Origin: Amphiscolops sp. MND2022
Lineage: Eukaryota
Direction: 5' to 3'
DNA length: 64,000 nt
Assembly (NCBI GenBank): GCA_964187785.1
Contig: OZ076417.1
Coordinates: 23,126,001-23,190,000 of the forward strand
Shown here piece by piece: positions 56,101 to 64,000 of this stretch (position 1 is its first letter; each line of letters opens with the position of its first letter). Below the pieces are notes generated by a model. It did not search any database, was not told the origin of the DNA, and worked only from the letters and a program-made list of their open reading frames with translations. A program made the position numbers and the translations under genes.

Positions 56101-57828
56101 AAAGCTATTGCAAAAATTGCTTGTTGAAAAATCTGCGGTAATTTTTGGATTGTATGTTTTGACCCTTCTCCTTCTGGGGCGGCTCACATCCTATCTAATT
56201 CGACCCATGTCAAATCCAGCTGCAGATCTTGTAATGGCATGTCGCTTTGATAATTGCTTAGGGCGCAAGAATTGTCAACTTTCAGTTTGTTGACTTTTAG
56301 AGATAGTTTCAATTTGAAATCTTTCCACGTTGTGGGGTATCGTTTTCAGTGATGTAGGACTTCACCAATTCAAGTTTACCTGTTTTTTAATGGCGAGTGT
56401 GGAAAATGTTGTCAATTGACGTCGTTAGTTCTTCTTTTGAAATGTTTCCATTGTCAGGCGGACAAAGACGAAGACCTGAACAAGAGCATGGATACTTCGA
56501 TTGAGTCTCTAAATATCACTGTGAGTGCCGATCAATTGATGGATGTACATCCCAGGGGAGGAGCCGCGAATGATGAAACCAGGTGAGGATCCAATTAAGT
56601 TAATTTTTTTCCATCTACAGACCGGTTTGGTACTTTCATCTTAAAGTTTGCATTAGCCTGAAGTTGCACCGCGCAATCGTTGGTCGTTTTTGTTAGCAGT
56701 TAAAGGTTTCACCCACTGTTTGGAGCGTTCTATTTCGATTTGTGGAAAGCATGAATAGGCCAGGTCCATGACCAAAATTTGTATATCTCAATTAAAAAAT
56801 TAAATCAAGGTCGTCTGCAAACAAGCTCTTTCAATCTTCACCTTTTCTTTTTTCTCCGCCTTTGAATAAGTTAACGCTTAATAAACGAAATGAAACGGAA
56901 TCATATTTCAACAGTCTTCGACTTTGTTCATATATATACTTCACTTTTCGTTTCGTTATTTACGAAAATCATCTTATAAAGCAAGTGTTACTTGTAGTGT
57001 TAATGTTCGCTATGAAGTTTAACAAACTTCGGACCTAAACTTTCGTGTGCTTCTTTTTCTCAGCTACGAGCCCCGTCTGGAACTGCCTTCGATGTCGTCA
57101 TCATCCCACTCGGCTTCTCACTCCTCATCCTTCAAACAGGGCTCCCCAGACCACTCTTCCAGGCACCACCTGGTGGAACAAGACCCCTACAACGAATTCG
57201 ACGAGGACCACAACTTCTTCGCCGCCACCAACGTCGAGAGAGTCACGGACGAGGAATTCCACTCCAAGCGACAGCCCATGTACTTGGCTCCTTTTGTGAC
57301 GTCAACCACCGATAAGGTGTGTGAAACATTGTTGCATTGTCTTCTTTTGCAACCCATCCGACTAATTTTAAGTGCTCTTGAGACCTTGGTTTATATAGCG
57401 TGGAGGCTCGGAAGTGGTTTTTGATGGTGACTAACTTTGCCTCATTAAGAGAAAACTGCTCAATCGGATCCTAGCAATGTTTTGCACGATTTTAATTTAG
57501 TTTTTCCTACGTTCACCCCGTTGTAATGAATTTTGACAGGTTCTGTGAAAATTTTCATTTTAAATATTCATAGGAATCTAATGCTAATCAGTTGAATGTT
57601 CATCTTTTGCAGGCCAAAAAACGGGGCAAGAAAGAGAAGAAGCGGAAGAAGAAAAGGCAACAGGGTGGCAGTAGCCGGAGCATGGTGAACGAACTGGATT
57701 TCTCAGAATTTGGAACTCTTAATGCGGATTACGATAGCGGGAAAGAGGGTAGTACCAAGAGAGGCGGGGGCAATAGTACTGTGAAATTATCTCCCCCGAG
57801 CAGTGCGGATGAGTCATCCGATGATTGA
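14195..57828 (+). CDS. TAF2: TFIID subunit 2 (TAF2/TAFII150), inactive M1-aminopeptidase fold; about 16 coding exons
   Basis: Exons read by eye: 14195-14322, 15268-15464 (DPTLLVCPDDIKQRNLDYF), 36316-36764 (GNGEL..LWFPHVDS..CTWRIEITV), 37148-~37396 (THFC..PFSCFKTVF), ~38273-38451 (FGCFITAASWSD), 44120-44323, 44838-45059 (FDFNRKRNCIELE), 45975-46303 (CHSKSRRIKKKKIP), 46698-46989, 47189-47399 (KYNDNRRNVYSD), 52892-53167 (EEIVRFLNLEKL), 53606-53746, 54378-~54526, 56458-56582, 57064-57316, 57613-57828 (basic KKRGKKEKKRKKKR patch, stop). The motifs are colinear with TAF2 as I recall it. One junction is unresolved (see findings). Confidence 0.93.
15834..21047 (+). CDS. BEL/Pao gag-pol polyprotein (single uninterrupted ORF)
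   Basis: ATG at 15834 (MTSRYESK). Gag LPKFDG motif and three Cys-His knuckles (CPCCNEAHKLFMC, CFNCLSSGHVTKDC, CKKCQARHNTLLH). Protease LLDTGS, RT YVDD, RNase H FTDASESAY, integrase HHCC plus D-D-E (GIDLAGP, SDNGTNF, LWEAAVK). The PR-RT-RH-IN order and WDD/RVAP/PRLEL motifs are typical of BEL/Pao. Confidence 0.96.
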   Translation: MTSRYESKSLDQLKRSRSAISGVITKNKVQIDAILTQKIADIDTAKISFLEGLQEKLEERLADSAHLNAAILEKTPDEDAAVEQEFVNAEEFEERIRTLIKTIDNFLQQLEKPDPALVTAVAATTSSTGTASGTGHLKMPKFDLPKFDGQYTKWVPFYEQFIASVDSNSSIPDIQKFNYLKSALSGEALQLVAHIPLSTSNYKVALKSLRERYNIKRLIINSHIDKILQLKPLVNESAVELRKLMVAFEENLMALDALNVKGGDPYLIRFLWQKLDEESRKQWELHCPGTGLETLDEFKDFINKRVRALESYIDPSTQNKSSQKTSFSREIHRQKTHFPASQSYKATIEICPCCNEAHKLFMCKKFESLNVKDRKNVAYNSKLCFNCLSSGHVTKDCMSKSSCKKCQARHNTLLHVEPHSNNGETSSSVVLGHQGTFFSAGILPTAIVTIEDQASNIHTCRALLDTGSQINLISEEAAQRMGLKREKRSLTVNVVGNISKTHNSGLVQLHLKSKNYGKSISIQAFVLPKLTQNVPSKTFLTDGLLHMKTVELADPTFNNTGSIDLILGSEIIEDIYLDGKFEESNGLKFRNTIFGWVASGKHPQGHSPSFTTSLCINETFDLKKFWELEELPPAEKFTQEEIDCEKHFTDTTKVVNNRFTVQMPFKENSQKLGDTYVQAKRRFLSLERRLHANDKLKQDYTDFVNEFITLQHLEKVPEEEYEIDSEKVNFLPHHCVHKEDSTTTKIRVVFDGSSKSTSGVSLNDTLMVGPTIQQDLFSILIRFRLHQVALSADIAKMYRQIALSKEAQNFHRILWREDPSKPIEQFRMTRVTYGIASSAFHSTRSLVEVGNLCKNEEIGHSIKFDFYVDDYLSGAETLEDAKQKVHEICTQLKQYGMELRKWASSHSDIIVELPQHLRESSDEEKFMDQNYKIKTLGISWKPNLDSFIFHSNFSDTSQITKRKLLSETAKLFDPVGWLGPVVIQFKILLQKIWTHGVGWDDILPAETEQQWIEMKSDLLTLQDFTLPRCIVPSSRIVNVQFHLFTDASESAYSAVVYSRIIDENGFISTNLVAGKTRVAPIKTISLPRLELCGAHLGTKLLTKVLAVMKISKFQKIESFGWTDATIVLQWLAQLPRTWTTFVANRVSEIQQTLPRSHWNHVRSTSNPADLSSRGSRFTDLKVSTLWWNGPDWLAMPSDTWQKTPLVVDSSIRHKVTEEERNKKSRENNQPETVTTSLSTTSTQPIYDENVYSTLHKLFRVIATVKIAISRFKKDKIPCQITSQLLQHAKLHFLIHHQTTHFHEEYSLLQSQKELPKTSKLLNLCPFFDTETNTIRVGGRLSQGNFLEKNFPFLVKANSNFASLILQHFHEATLHGGGQLTLNTSREEYWIPKGKNLVTKIIKNCVKCSRFSNEIPAQVMADLPAERITESRPFTNTGIDLAGPLTTKPDNKTYIAVFVCFTTKATHLEIVQDLTKESCISALKRFIGRRGKPEKIFSDNGTNFIGARNDLLKMQSLFSKENTKDSISNFISQKGIEWVTIPPRAPHFGGLWEAAVKSMKRHLRRTVGLQKLSYEELNTFIIQIEAILNSRPITAMSNDPNDLRPLTPAHFLIGTHMEQIPQGCKGKDISMNQRFNLLEKLKSSFWSSWHRDYLVTLQIRKKWLTAGPKFAVGVLVLLAEDNIPALKWKMARIQKLFSGNDDVNRVAELKTANGNLIRPIIKLRRLPITYGEPQSNRG
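21497..22483 (-). CDS. Antisense cargo gene of the BEL element: JmjC-type Fe(II)/2OG dioxygenase, about 290 aa, 2 exons
   Basis: Exon 1 is 22483-22223 (MAEYMGSEEGRKRSGRQPK..KRPRR). Phase-0 intron 22222-22109 (GTAAGA..TTATAG). Exon 2 is 22108-21497, in frame. JmjC motifs: FHHD (HxD), LLRGKKLW, LEPGQSLYLPYGWLHSVWT (distal His). AATAAA on the minus strand at 21467-21462, 30 nt after the stop. Confidence 0.8.
23215..23470 (+). repeat. Dispersed repeat shared with ~58880-59030 and partly ~38925-39130
   Basis: Shared segments CGCCGAGAGCTT..GCGAATG.GAA.CTTCGTC.ACGCTTAGTAGTT..TTTAG.CC.AGAAGAAT and TACTGTGCCCC.C.GGGG. Confidence 0.6.
24102..25328 (+). CDS. Gypsy Gag
   Basis: 408-aa ORF with a capsid-like N-terminus, an Asn/Gln-rich linker and a CCHC knuckle (CNYCNKFGHILSQC). 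It ends in CCA AAA AAC TAA, overlapping the pol frame. Confidence 0.9.
   Translation: MAAIQPFVNLQPFKCTEKENLNEFLRQLESCIQVAAVPNDDRHRYLHLHLKGGALTFFDQQEAAVRDDYDQAVAALRDRYQNDQRIQLQKLLFNSRKMKPSEESAQDFLTELQRLALEAYPNVVARAAAGGRPAVAAEDRAQERLRRVREAFINGMPIKLKRFLMTQPDETPIEELCTKASSRMIVDRLYRKEDDDTAFNELQNFSTKDLTGIHELSKAQDVLKQETGKLSTELQELTKTLQPTINQLTTAQTSNNNNNNNRNNNNYNKNKQQNWNKNNGPRGNNPQQWRNNRQNWKNNNNNQQNWRPPNPNWQNQKPNWNQQRNNNTAQSSQKYCNYCNKFGHILSQCWFRPQQHQPPALPYTQYSAPNFTAPQPMMQPQQMVPITQMPPYWSPHYDVNQQASNPKN
25373..30537 (+). pseudogene. Gypsy Pol (PR-RT-RNase H-IN) split by two frameshifts
   Basis: Protease LIDTGA in ORF 25373-26401. RT with YVDD in ORF 26499-27224. RNase H (LTDAS) and integrase HHCC plus DDE (QVDLVG, SDMGTAF, SVERSH) in ORF 27142-30537. 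Frame breaks fall at ~26395 and ~27140, both at T-runs. Confidence 0.9.
31141..32792 (-). CDS. Antisense multi-exon cargo gene of the gypsy element, about 420 aa, with an N-terminal integrase-type HHCC zinc-binding domain
   Basis: Exon model: 32792-32433, 32325-32031, 31963-31507, 31429-31333, optional 11-nt microexon 31245-31235, last exon from 31200. Introns 32030-31964, 31506-31430 and the donor at 31332 are strong canonical sites (GTAAGA/GTGAGT..TAG) with matching phases. The first intron has weak sites and is tentative. Motif: KVH..HYRG..W..VDRFLHDCQTC. Confidence 0.6.
33238..33894 (-). CDS. Antisense cargo gene of the gypsy element: small type-I membrane protein, about 163 aa
   Basis: The main exon 33644-33238 encodes a Cys-containing ectodomain (NCPK..GCPEGTY..EC), a hydrophobic helix (IGLWVSLTLSVLITLFVCLWC) and a Lys/Arg/Glu-rich tail. 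Candidate upstream exons 33894-33886 and 33756-33681 add a signal-peptide-like MEILSCLSLIVAVLLSIIKS in frame; one of the introns is only 36 nt, so this is tentative. Minus-strand AATAAA at 33083-33078. Confidence 0.5.
34098..34315 (+). pseudogene. Truncated env-like ORF remnant
   Basis: Signal-peptide-like start MFGICISFLFLFLPYLGITQS, followed by KGIIFHENKKILLAEKFINVEFLLPFPQF, then an abrupt switch to AT-rich low-information sequence. It lies on the sense strand between pol and the 3' LTR. The env-like label rests on position and on my recollection of similar ORFs, not on a search. Confidence 0.4.
39316..39536 (+). mobile_element. tRNA-derived SINE-like head with a ~99-bp tandem duplication
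   Basis: A box TGGTCTAGTGG and B box GGTTCGAACCC in a tRNA-Glu-like context (TTTTCAA), followed by a T-run. Units at 39338-39436 and 39437-39536. There is no closed cloverleaf. Confidence 0.65.
39630..43034 (+). mobile_element. Decayed Helitron/Helentron-like gene: Pif1-family helicase followed by AP endonuclease, with introns, in a TAF2 intron
   Basis: Helicase motifs VTGGAGTGKT, TTIHSAL, IIDEIS, PFGG..GDLYQLPPV, IMRQ, QFPV..AITIHKSQG, YTALSRVR. Then EN motifs QNVQS, CETWL, VMGDFNV, LLDHVYC, FHEP. Upstream IIKRFVRL segment resembles the RepHel linker. Frameshifts and stops at ~41270, ~41540 and ~42460. Intron-like GT..AG segments at ~41922 and ~42217-42340. Termini not identified. Confidence 0.8.
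39781..40589 (+). repeat. ~406-bp tandem duplication
   Basis: AAGTTGCATGTAGAAGGGGTGCG starts at 39781 and again at 40187. Both units end in AAAATGCCAAATTT and differ by scattered substitutions. Confidence 0.9.
45410..45582. mobile_element. MITE with TA target site
   Basis: TA-CACTCAACTCCG...CGGAGCTGAGTG-TA, with internal CGTTATA repeats. Confidence 0.75.
47850..50150. repeat. Cluster of nested copies of an abundant dispersed repeat family (AAAGGGTCCCCC and GAGCCTTAGATATRGCGCCGACTT motifs)
   Basis: Motifs recur at ~48137, 48197, 48326, 48549, 48759, 49023, 49330 and 49552. Related copies lie at ~54690-55500, ~60750-60990 and ~61520-62050. Confidence 0.75.
51330..52450 (+). repeat. Diverged tandem array, ~180-bp unit, about 6 copies
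   Basis: The anchor (G/C)(A/C)CTACTGGACAAC..CAACATTCCAATCCACGAAGTCT recurs at ~51465, 51645, 51830, 52000, 52180 and 52370. Confidence 0.75.
53206..53380. mobile_element. MITE with TA target site (Tc1/mariner/pogo-like ends)
   Basis: TA-CAGTGGAT...ATCCACTG-TA; same family as 4166-4330. Confidence 0.75.
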
Positions 57829-59252
57829 TCGACATGATTAAGTAATTAGTTATGAAAACTATAAATTATAAATGGATATATTTCTATTTCTGATGATAAT
57901 TCTGTTTCTTTGAAAGAATATTTGTGTTTGATATATTTGTGCTTGACATTTTTTTCGTCTGAAAACGTTTTATTTTCACAATTCTTGTTTTGTTTTGCGT
58001 GAAAGGTGAAAAGAACAATTAATGTTCATCTCAAATGTTCTCCAGTAGATAGTATGGTACTATTTCGTTCTTTCCTATTTTTATTTAGTCGGCGCTCATA
58101 ACCTCGACAGTACACCGAGAAGTTGAAAAATTTGGCAATAATTTGGCTCCACGAATAAATCGGGTTTCTGCTCCTGGAAGCCTTTTACTTAAGCTTTCAA
58201 TTGCCGGTCGAACTCATAACATAAGCTTCTTCGAGAAAAACTTCTATATGCGTTTTCAATGGTGGTTTCCTACTGTGTTACTAGAGGCCAATTTTCTCAA
58301 ATGTATTTCTTGCAAATTTTCATTTTTAGTACTTTTCATTTTTTACGCTTTTGCCGGTGGCTCGGAAAAAAACTATATTGACACAAATAAAAACTCACCC
58401 CAAATAATTTGGCCAATTCGAGTGAAATTTTCATAGGGTCAAACGTCGAGATTGTTCGGTGAAATCAGTCAAATCAATCGGTTCACTAGTAGAATTTGAT
58501 CAAAGGATTTTGTTTTTTAAGATATTTGTTTGAAAACAAGAAGTATGCTTCATAATTCCTCGGTTGTTGCGGTTTGAGTTATCACCCCGAACTATCTTAT
58601 TTATTCAGGCGCACATAATCAGAGTTTTTTAAATATGATTTGTCAGGTATTTCCTGAGATTTTTTGAATATCTTGACTAACTAATGCCATGAACTTGCTA
58701 CGATTGTGTAAGCTGAAATATAGAAACCGTACATGTGATCTTTTTACCAGACCTATTTGTCGACCCATTTTATTCGCCGGTTTTGATAGGCTTCTCCAAC
58801 TCTTTGGTTAGTTTGTTTAAAACTCGTAAGAGCCATGCAGTTCTTTATTGAGATGAAGCAAGAGTGTTAATTATTTGTACGCCGAGAGCTTTACTTGCAT
58901 TCAATTGCGAATGTGAAACTTCGTCGACGCTTAGTAGTTATTTCTTTAGGCCAAGAAGAATCAAAGACAGTGTAAACGTTACTGTAGCCTAAAGAGGAAT
59001 AGTTACTGTGCCCCACGGGGGCCTATTTTCAAATGGAAATTGTAGTGAATAAATTGGCGATTTCCTTTCCTTGAGGACCCAGTAAATTGGCATCTTGAAT
59101 CATTTCGACCATAAAGCATCTTGCATTTGAGCTTATTTAACGACCAGTTTTCAACCAAACTGTTCTGCCAATGGTTAACCTATTGGTTTAATTGGACACC
59201 TTTGCGAGGCCACGGTTTCGCACAATTAATATTGTAAGACTATTATACAATG

Positions 59253-59482
59253 CGCAAGCCCTACTAGATATGATTTTGCTAGATGATTAATGAAATTTGT
59301 GATATTAAAACACCTAAAGGAAACCAAAACTTGTCTTTTCTGAAAAAAACCAGGGAGGTGCTTTAGATCTAAAGCACCTCCCTGGTTTTTTTCAGAAAAG
59401 ACAAGTTTTGGTTTCCTTTAGGTGTTTTAATATCACAAATTTCATTAATCATCTAGCAAAATCATATCTAGTAGGGCTTGCG
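59253..59482. repeat. Perfect 230-bp palindrome with no spacer
   Basis: 115-bp arms centred on TTTAGA|TCTAAA at 59367/59368. The arm ends CGCAAGCCCTACTAG and CTAGTAGGGCTTGCG are exact reverse complements. Confidence 0.92.
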
Positions 59483-60120
59483 TATCGATACTTGAAGCAT
59501 CTCGAGTTAATTTTCTTTTATTCTTCTCATTTTAATATAGTAAAAAATAAGGACCGCGCGTACTGGAACCGGGGTTTGGTGTTGTAAGAGAAAATACTTT
59601 TTTGCCCTTATTACATGGCGGGCGTGTCAGTGAAAAGAGTTTGGGTGTCAGTACGCTGCAAGCTGCAGAGCCTCCTTACAGTGTCAATAACGGTCCTATA
59701 AAGTAAATTTGGAAAACATCGGTAAGTGGAGGGTAATTTACAAATTAGGACAATGTATCTCAAACTTTATTGATCGTCAAATCGAGCATCTCGAGTTAAT
59801 TGAATTTCGAACGGCAAGCTGTTTTCAGCAGTTCCTGTTTGCTGCTGAAATCAGCTTGAAAAGAATTCTCGAAATGTGCAATATACAGTGCTGTGTATTG
59901 GACTTTCTCTGTCAATTTTCTGCCAATATCGGATACAAATATAGCCGGAAAAACCGTATTGGTGGTGCGAATGTCTTCCAAACGTGCTAAAATTTTTTCT
60001 TACTAAAGACATGAATTTTTCTCATTTCCATATTTTTCATGTTCACATTATGCTGCATGTATTGGTACGTGACGCTGTTTTTCAACTACGTTGATCTTTT
60101 CTAGATTAGTCTTTGTCGCC

Positions 60121-61201
60121 ATGTCAGTTCTGTTGCGCAGATCCCTGCAACCACTTCGCCTATCCCCCCTATTCGCAGCCCTCCCCCAACACCTCAGAGC
60201 CGGCATGTGTGCATCCTCGAGCGACGAAATCCAGAAGAAGCTCTCGGAGTTAGTGGCCGCCAAAGACGTGGTTGTATTTATGAAAGGGGTACCCGAGGCT
60301 CCAATGTGCGGTTTCAGTAATGCAGTTGTACAGATTCTGAAGATGCACGGGGTTGAGAACTTTGATGCGCATAATGTTTTGGAGGATAATGAGATCCGGG
60401 AGGTTGGTATTACATCTGCTTGTTGGTGCTATCTAAATATTTCGTTTCTCATGTTGACTTTCAAACTGACTAATCAGGAACTAGCACATAAAAATGTGCA
60501 TGAAAAACTTCAAACTGTCGGGCATTTGCCACGTTTATTCACACTCTCCCTACTTCCTCGACCTAAGTTAAATTCAATCATTTCATAATACATCGTTTCA
60601 CTCAACACTGCTGTCAAAAAACTTAGTTGTCGAATAGCATTATCGTGCCTTAGCCAGTCGGATCAATGCTTGAGGCACTACATGGCGGTTATTATGATAT
60701 CTGCTAGTTAACTACCAACAGCGAACTTGTGAGACTTTTTTTTCCAAAAATTTTAGAAGTCATCAAAGGGTCCCCCTTTCATTTTTGATATTTTGCAACA
60801 GAATGGATGCTAAAGAATCCGAAAGGGTCCCCCTTTTAGCGCGCCAGTGGCCCGCGGCCCCAGGCGCGCCATTTCGGTCCAACTTTTGTTTTTTTTTCGG
60901 GTACTGTAAAAGAATGCTTGACAATTTGAAGTCCTTTTGCTATTTTTGAGCCTCAGATATGGCGCCGACATATGCCGTCCCGGCTTGTTATTGAAATTTT
61001 TGAATTTAGGGCGTGAAGAAGTTTTCCAACTGGCCAACAATTCCTCAGATCTACTTTAAAGGCGAGTTCATTGGTGGCTGTGACCTCATGATTCAGATGC
61101 ACCAGTCGGGAGAAATAGTTCAGGAATTACAGAAACTTGGGATCACTTCGCGGCTCGCTGACCAATACAAAAAAAGTGAAGACGAAAGCAAGAATACCTG
61201 A
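60121..61201 (+). CDS. GLRX5: Mitochondrial monothiol glutaredoxin-5 (2 exons)
   Basis: Exon 1 is 60121-60402: Arg/Leu-rich presequence, then [24 protein letters not shown] with the CGFS active site. Phase-0 GT-AG intron 60403-61009. Exon 2 is 61010-61201 ([20 protein letters not shown]). AATAAA at 61277. Confidence 0.96.
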
Positions 61202-64000
61202 TGCTGCCACTCGTGAACATTCTTTTTCTTCTAATTAATATTTAACAGATTTGATTTTTTTCAGAGCTATAAGTTGAATAAAATCTTAGTTTTGAAGACC
61301 TATCTAATCAAATTTATCGAGTCTGTTTTCAGTTCGTTGAAATCAAGTAAATTTAAGATCTGAAAATTTTTCATATCAAATGTATAACGTGGGTTGATTT
61401 TTGTATTGTTTATTTGGATAGGTATTACAGTGGATCGCGGATTTAAGAAACACGCTTATAGTACGTATCTTGGCCCCGAATTCGAATTTAATTCCTTTTC
61501 AAACCCGCATGTAAGCAAGTTCAAGTATACAAGAACAAGCCGGGAACGGCCCAAGTTGGCACCATATCTAAGGCTCAAAAATAGCAAAAGGACTTCAAAG
61601 TGTCAAAGTATTCTCTTCTAAAGCACCCGCACGAGATGAAAATTGAAAAAAATCGGATTTTTTTTTGAAGTTTCAGGTAAGTCGCATAGTGCCGAAAAAT
61701 GTAAAAGGGGGACCCTTTGGGATTTTTTGAACGTCCATTCTGTTGCAAAATAAAAAAAATTGAAGGGAGGACCTTTTGGAGACATTAAAAAATTTGCGAG
61801 AAAAAAGTCTCACAAAGCCGAAATTACATGCACAAAAAATTTGGTCAAGGGTGAGATTCGAACCCACGTCCTCCTGCTTGGCAGACATCAAAAACTATCC
61901 TAAATAACCTGTATGCTAAGTGGCAGTAGAATATACAAGTGTGGCAGTTAGTGGACGCAGCTTATAAAGCTTATGAAATCTGTCACTTCGTTGGTCTTAA
62001 AAAAATGAAAAGTCACTACTATAGTCCGCGTTTTTCTACGAAAAGCGCCTACTAAAAAGATATATAAGAAACGCCACTTGTCGTTCCGCTGAAGTTGATT
62101 ATATCCATGGTCCACTGTATTACGAATCAAGTCTGGTGAAGAATTTCAAAACCAATTTGAGCCCATATAAACTGAGGCTTTTTGGTGAAACATCTTATGT
62201 TGATGACTTTAGCATCCAAATCATTTTTGTTAAGAAGCAAAGTTATTTCAGTAATTCGTTTCAAGTTATCCGTTGCTTGTTTTGAAAAAGCATCGCATGT
62301 TTTGAGTCGGATCAGTTATTTTTTCTATGTCATTAAATTATGCCTATCGGCTGACCTTTGGCTCAGTTTCGGTCAAACCCCTGTGGCTGCTTCTCCATTC
62401 AGTAAATTTTCAAGAAATAATCGGAAATTCAAACACGTCTCTTGCCAGTATTATGCCCTTTGGATACTAGACCACGTCTTGAATTCCTAATTCAACTCAG
62501 TAACCAGTCGACAAATGCAATTAAATCAAGACTTGTCAGCATTGAATACTTCTCTACAGAAACGTCACTCAAAATAGGGAGATAAAAATCTCGAGTAACT
62601 AAGAAAACTGCTTCTGCTTTTGGCAAAAACAGCAGCATTGTTAGCACTATTCGAACGGGAACCAATTAATTGCAGTTCAATCCGCTGAACTCTGAATAAC
62701 CCGTTTTTCCTTTTCCAAATCTTATCATTGTAAAGTATGCCATCCTTCGAAAAACATCCCCTCTGCTTGAAATTAATGAGACTTGAGAGGTCACCGGTGT
62801 TTTACAGTAATGACATCAAATAATTTATGGATAAAGTTACAGGGCGCTGAGGCGAAAAGATGTCATAGCTGGTATTTTTTGGGGAAAACCACGGTTGATT
62901 TAAAGTACAATATGGACCGCGGACTCTGAATTTAAGATCGAACGTAATGTTAGGAACTCGTAGCGACATTTGGAACAAGATTTCCTCCAGAACAACGTAT
63001 AAAAATTTCCTCATTATTCTCTTGGGTACCCTTAGAGCAAATTTGGGTCAGTGTATCATACTAGGTTTGTTCATTCAAGCTCTGTTTGATTAGAACCATT
63101 GTTGAATGCTGGGTGATTAGCTTCGTTTAAGTTCAACTAACGGACTCAAAAAAATACAAAGCTATAGCCCGGGGATGTAGTATTGTTCTCTATTATCAAA
63201 CAGATAATTTATCTCTTGACATTATTTCGATAAAACACCCTCACTGAGTTGCCCGGTTTGAACCTCTGCACGTTGCATTCAAGTGCGCGAATTTAGTTGC
63301 ATAGGAAATCATTATTTGAAATCTTACCAAGTTGGCAAAGTCTTGATGTTCACAACAATTGAGAAACGAAACTGTGGAATACTAAAGACTTTGCAAACTG
63401 AATTGATTGAACTTCAATCCTACGATGTTTCTCGAAATTGCGTGAATTAATCAATTAGAGATTAATTGAGATAAAACAAATTTCTAATTTCAAACATAGT
63501 TTCCCTTTGCTCAATGGCTACCATTTGAAAGGATTCCAATTGAACAGGTTTCGTTATAGTTTACTTATCGCCTTTACAGAATGAGTCGTCAAACTTGGTT
63601 GAATACTGAACTTAGGAGTTTATTTTCCGCCAACTTTGTTTGCACCTCAGTAGAATTTGGGGCAAAGCACCTTAGAGTTGCAACTTCGAATGCTTGGTCA
63701 ATTTCTCACATTTCTTGGAAGTGAACAATTTGTATGAAATCAATTGTGAGAATTCTGCCATAATGCTCTATAAAATGTAGAATATAAAATGTGGAAATTT
63801 GCAGTGGTTCAAACAGCGTTAAGTGTATTTTGTTAATCGGTCGAACTTATAACGATAGCTCGTTTGAATGTTTTTACAAAAGTCATTTTTTTCCAAATCT
63901 GCAAAATTCAAGCTGTTCCTGTTTGTTTGAATTACGCCTCAAAGCAGGCTTATCTCTAAAATATTATAGCAGTTATAACCAATTATAGTTTGTTTCAGAA

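Noticed and set aside
55880-56420. Coding-like, moderately GC-rich stretch in a late TAF2 intron
   Set aside because: All frames I translated on both strands contain stops and no recognisable motif; possibly an old transposon relic.
62130-62760. Fragmentary minus-strand reading frames near the window end
   Set aside because: Multiple stops and frameshifts, and no motif I could assign.

Overview
AT-rich eukaryotic (invertebrate animal) genomic DNA with spliceosomal introns and a heavy transposon load; there are no prokaryotic features. The repeat families resemble those I recall from the acoel Symsagittifera roscoffensis, but that assignment is unverified. Three + strand housekeeping genes can be rebuilt exon by exon: FAM50/XAP5 (2651-13670), TAF2 (14195-57828) and the mitochondrial monothiol glutaredoxin GLRX5 (60121-61201). 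FAM50 intron 2 holds two LINEs. The 20.9-kb TAF2 intron 2 holds two young LTR retrotransposons, each with visually identical LTRs and a 5-bp TSD: a BEL/Pao element (15586-22739) and a 12.5-kb Ty3/gypsy element (23545-36060). A later TAF2 intron holds a decayed Helitron/Helentron-like helicase-endonuclease gene. The main discovery candidate is that both LTR elements carry intron-containing genes on the ANTISENSE strand between pol and the 3' LTR. The BEL element encodes a ~290-aa protein with basic NLS-like patches and a JmjC-type Fe(II)/2-oxoglutarate dioxygenase domain, a possible anti-silencing demethylase. The gypsy element encodes a multi-exon protein with an isolated integrase-type HHCC zinc domain, plus a small type-I membrane protein. 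All exon models were read by eye and need transcript confirmation.
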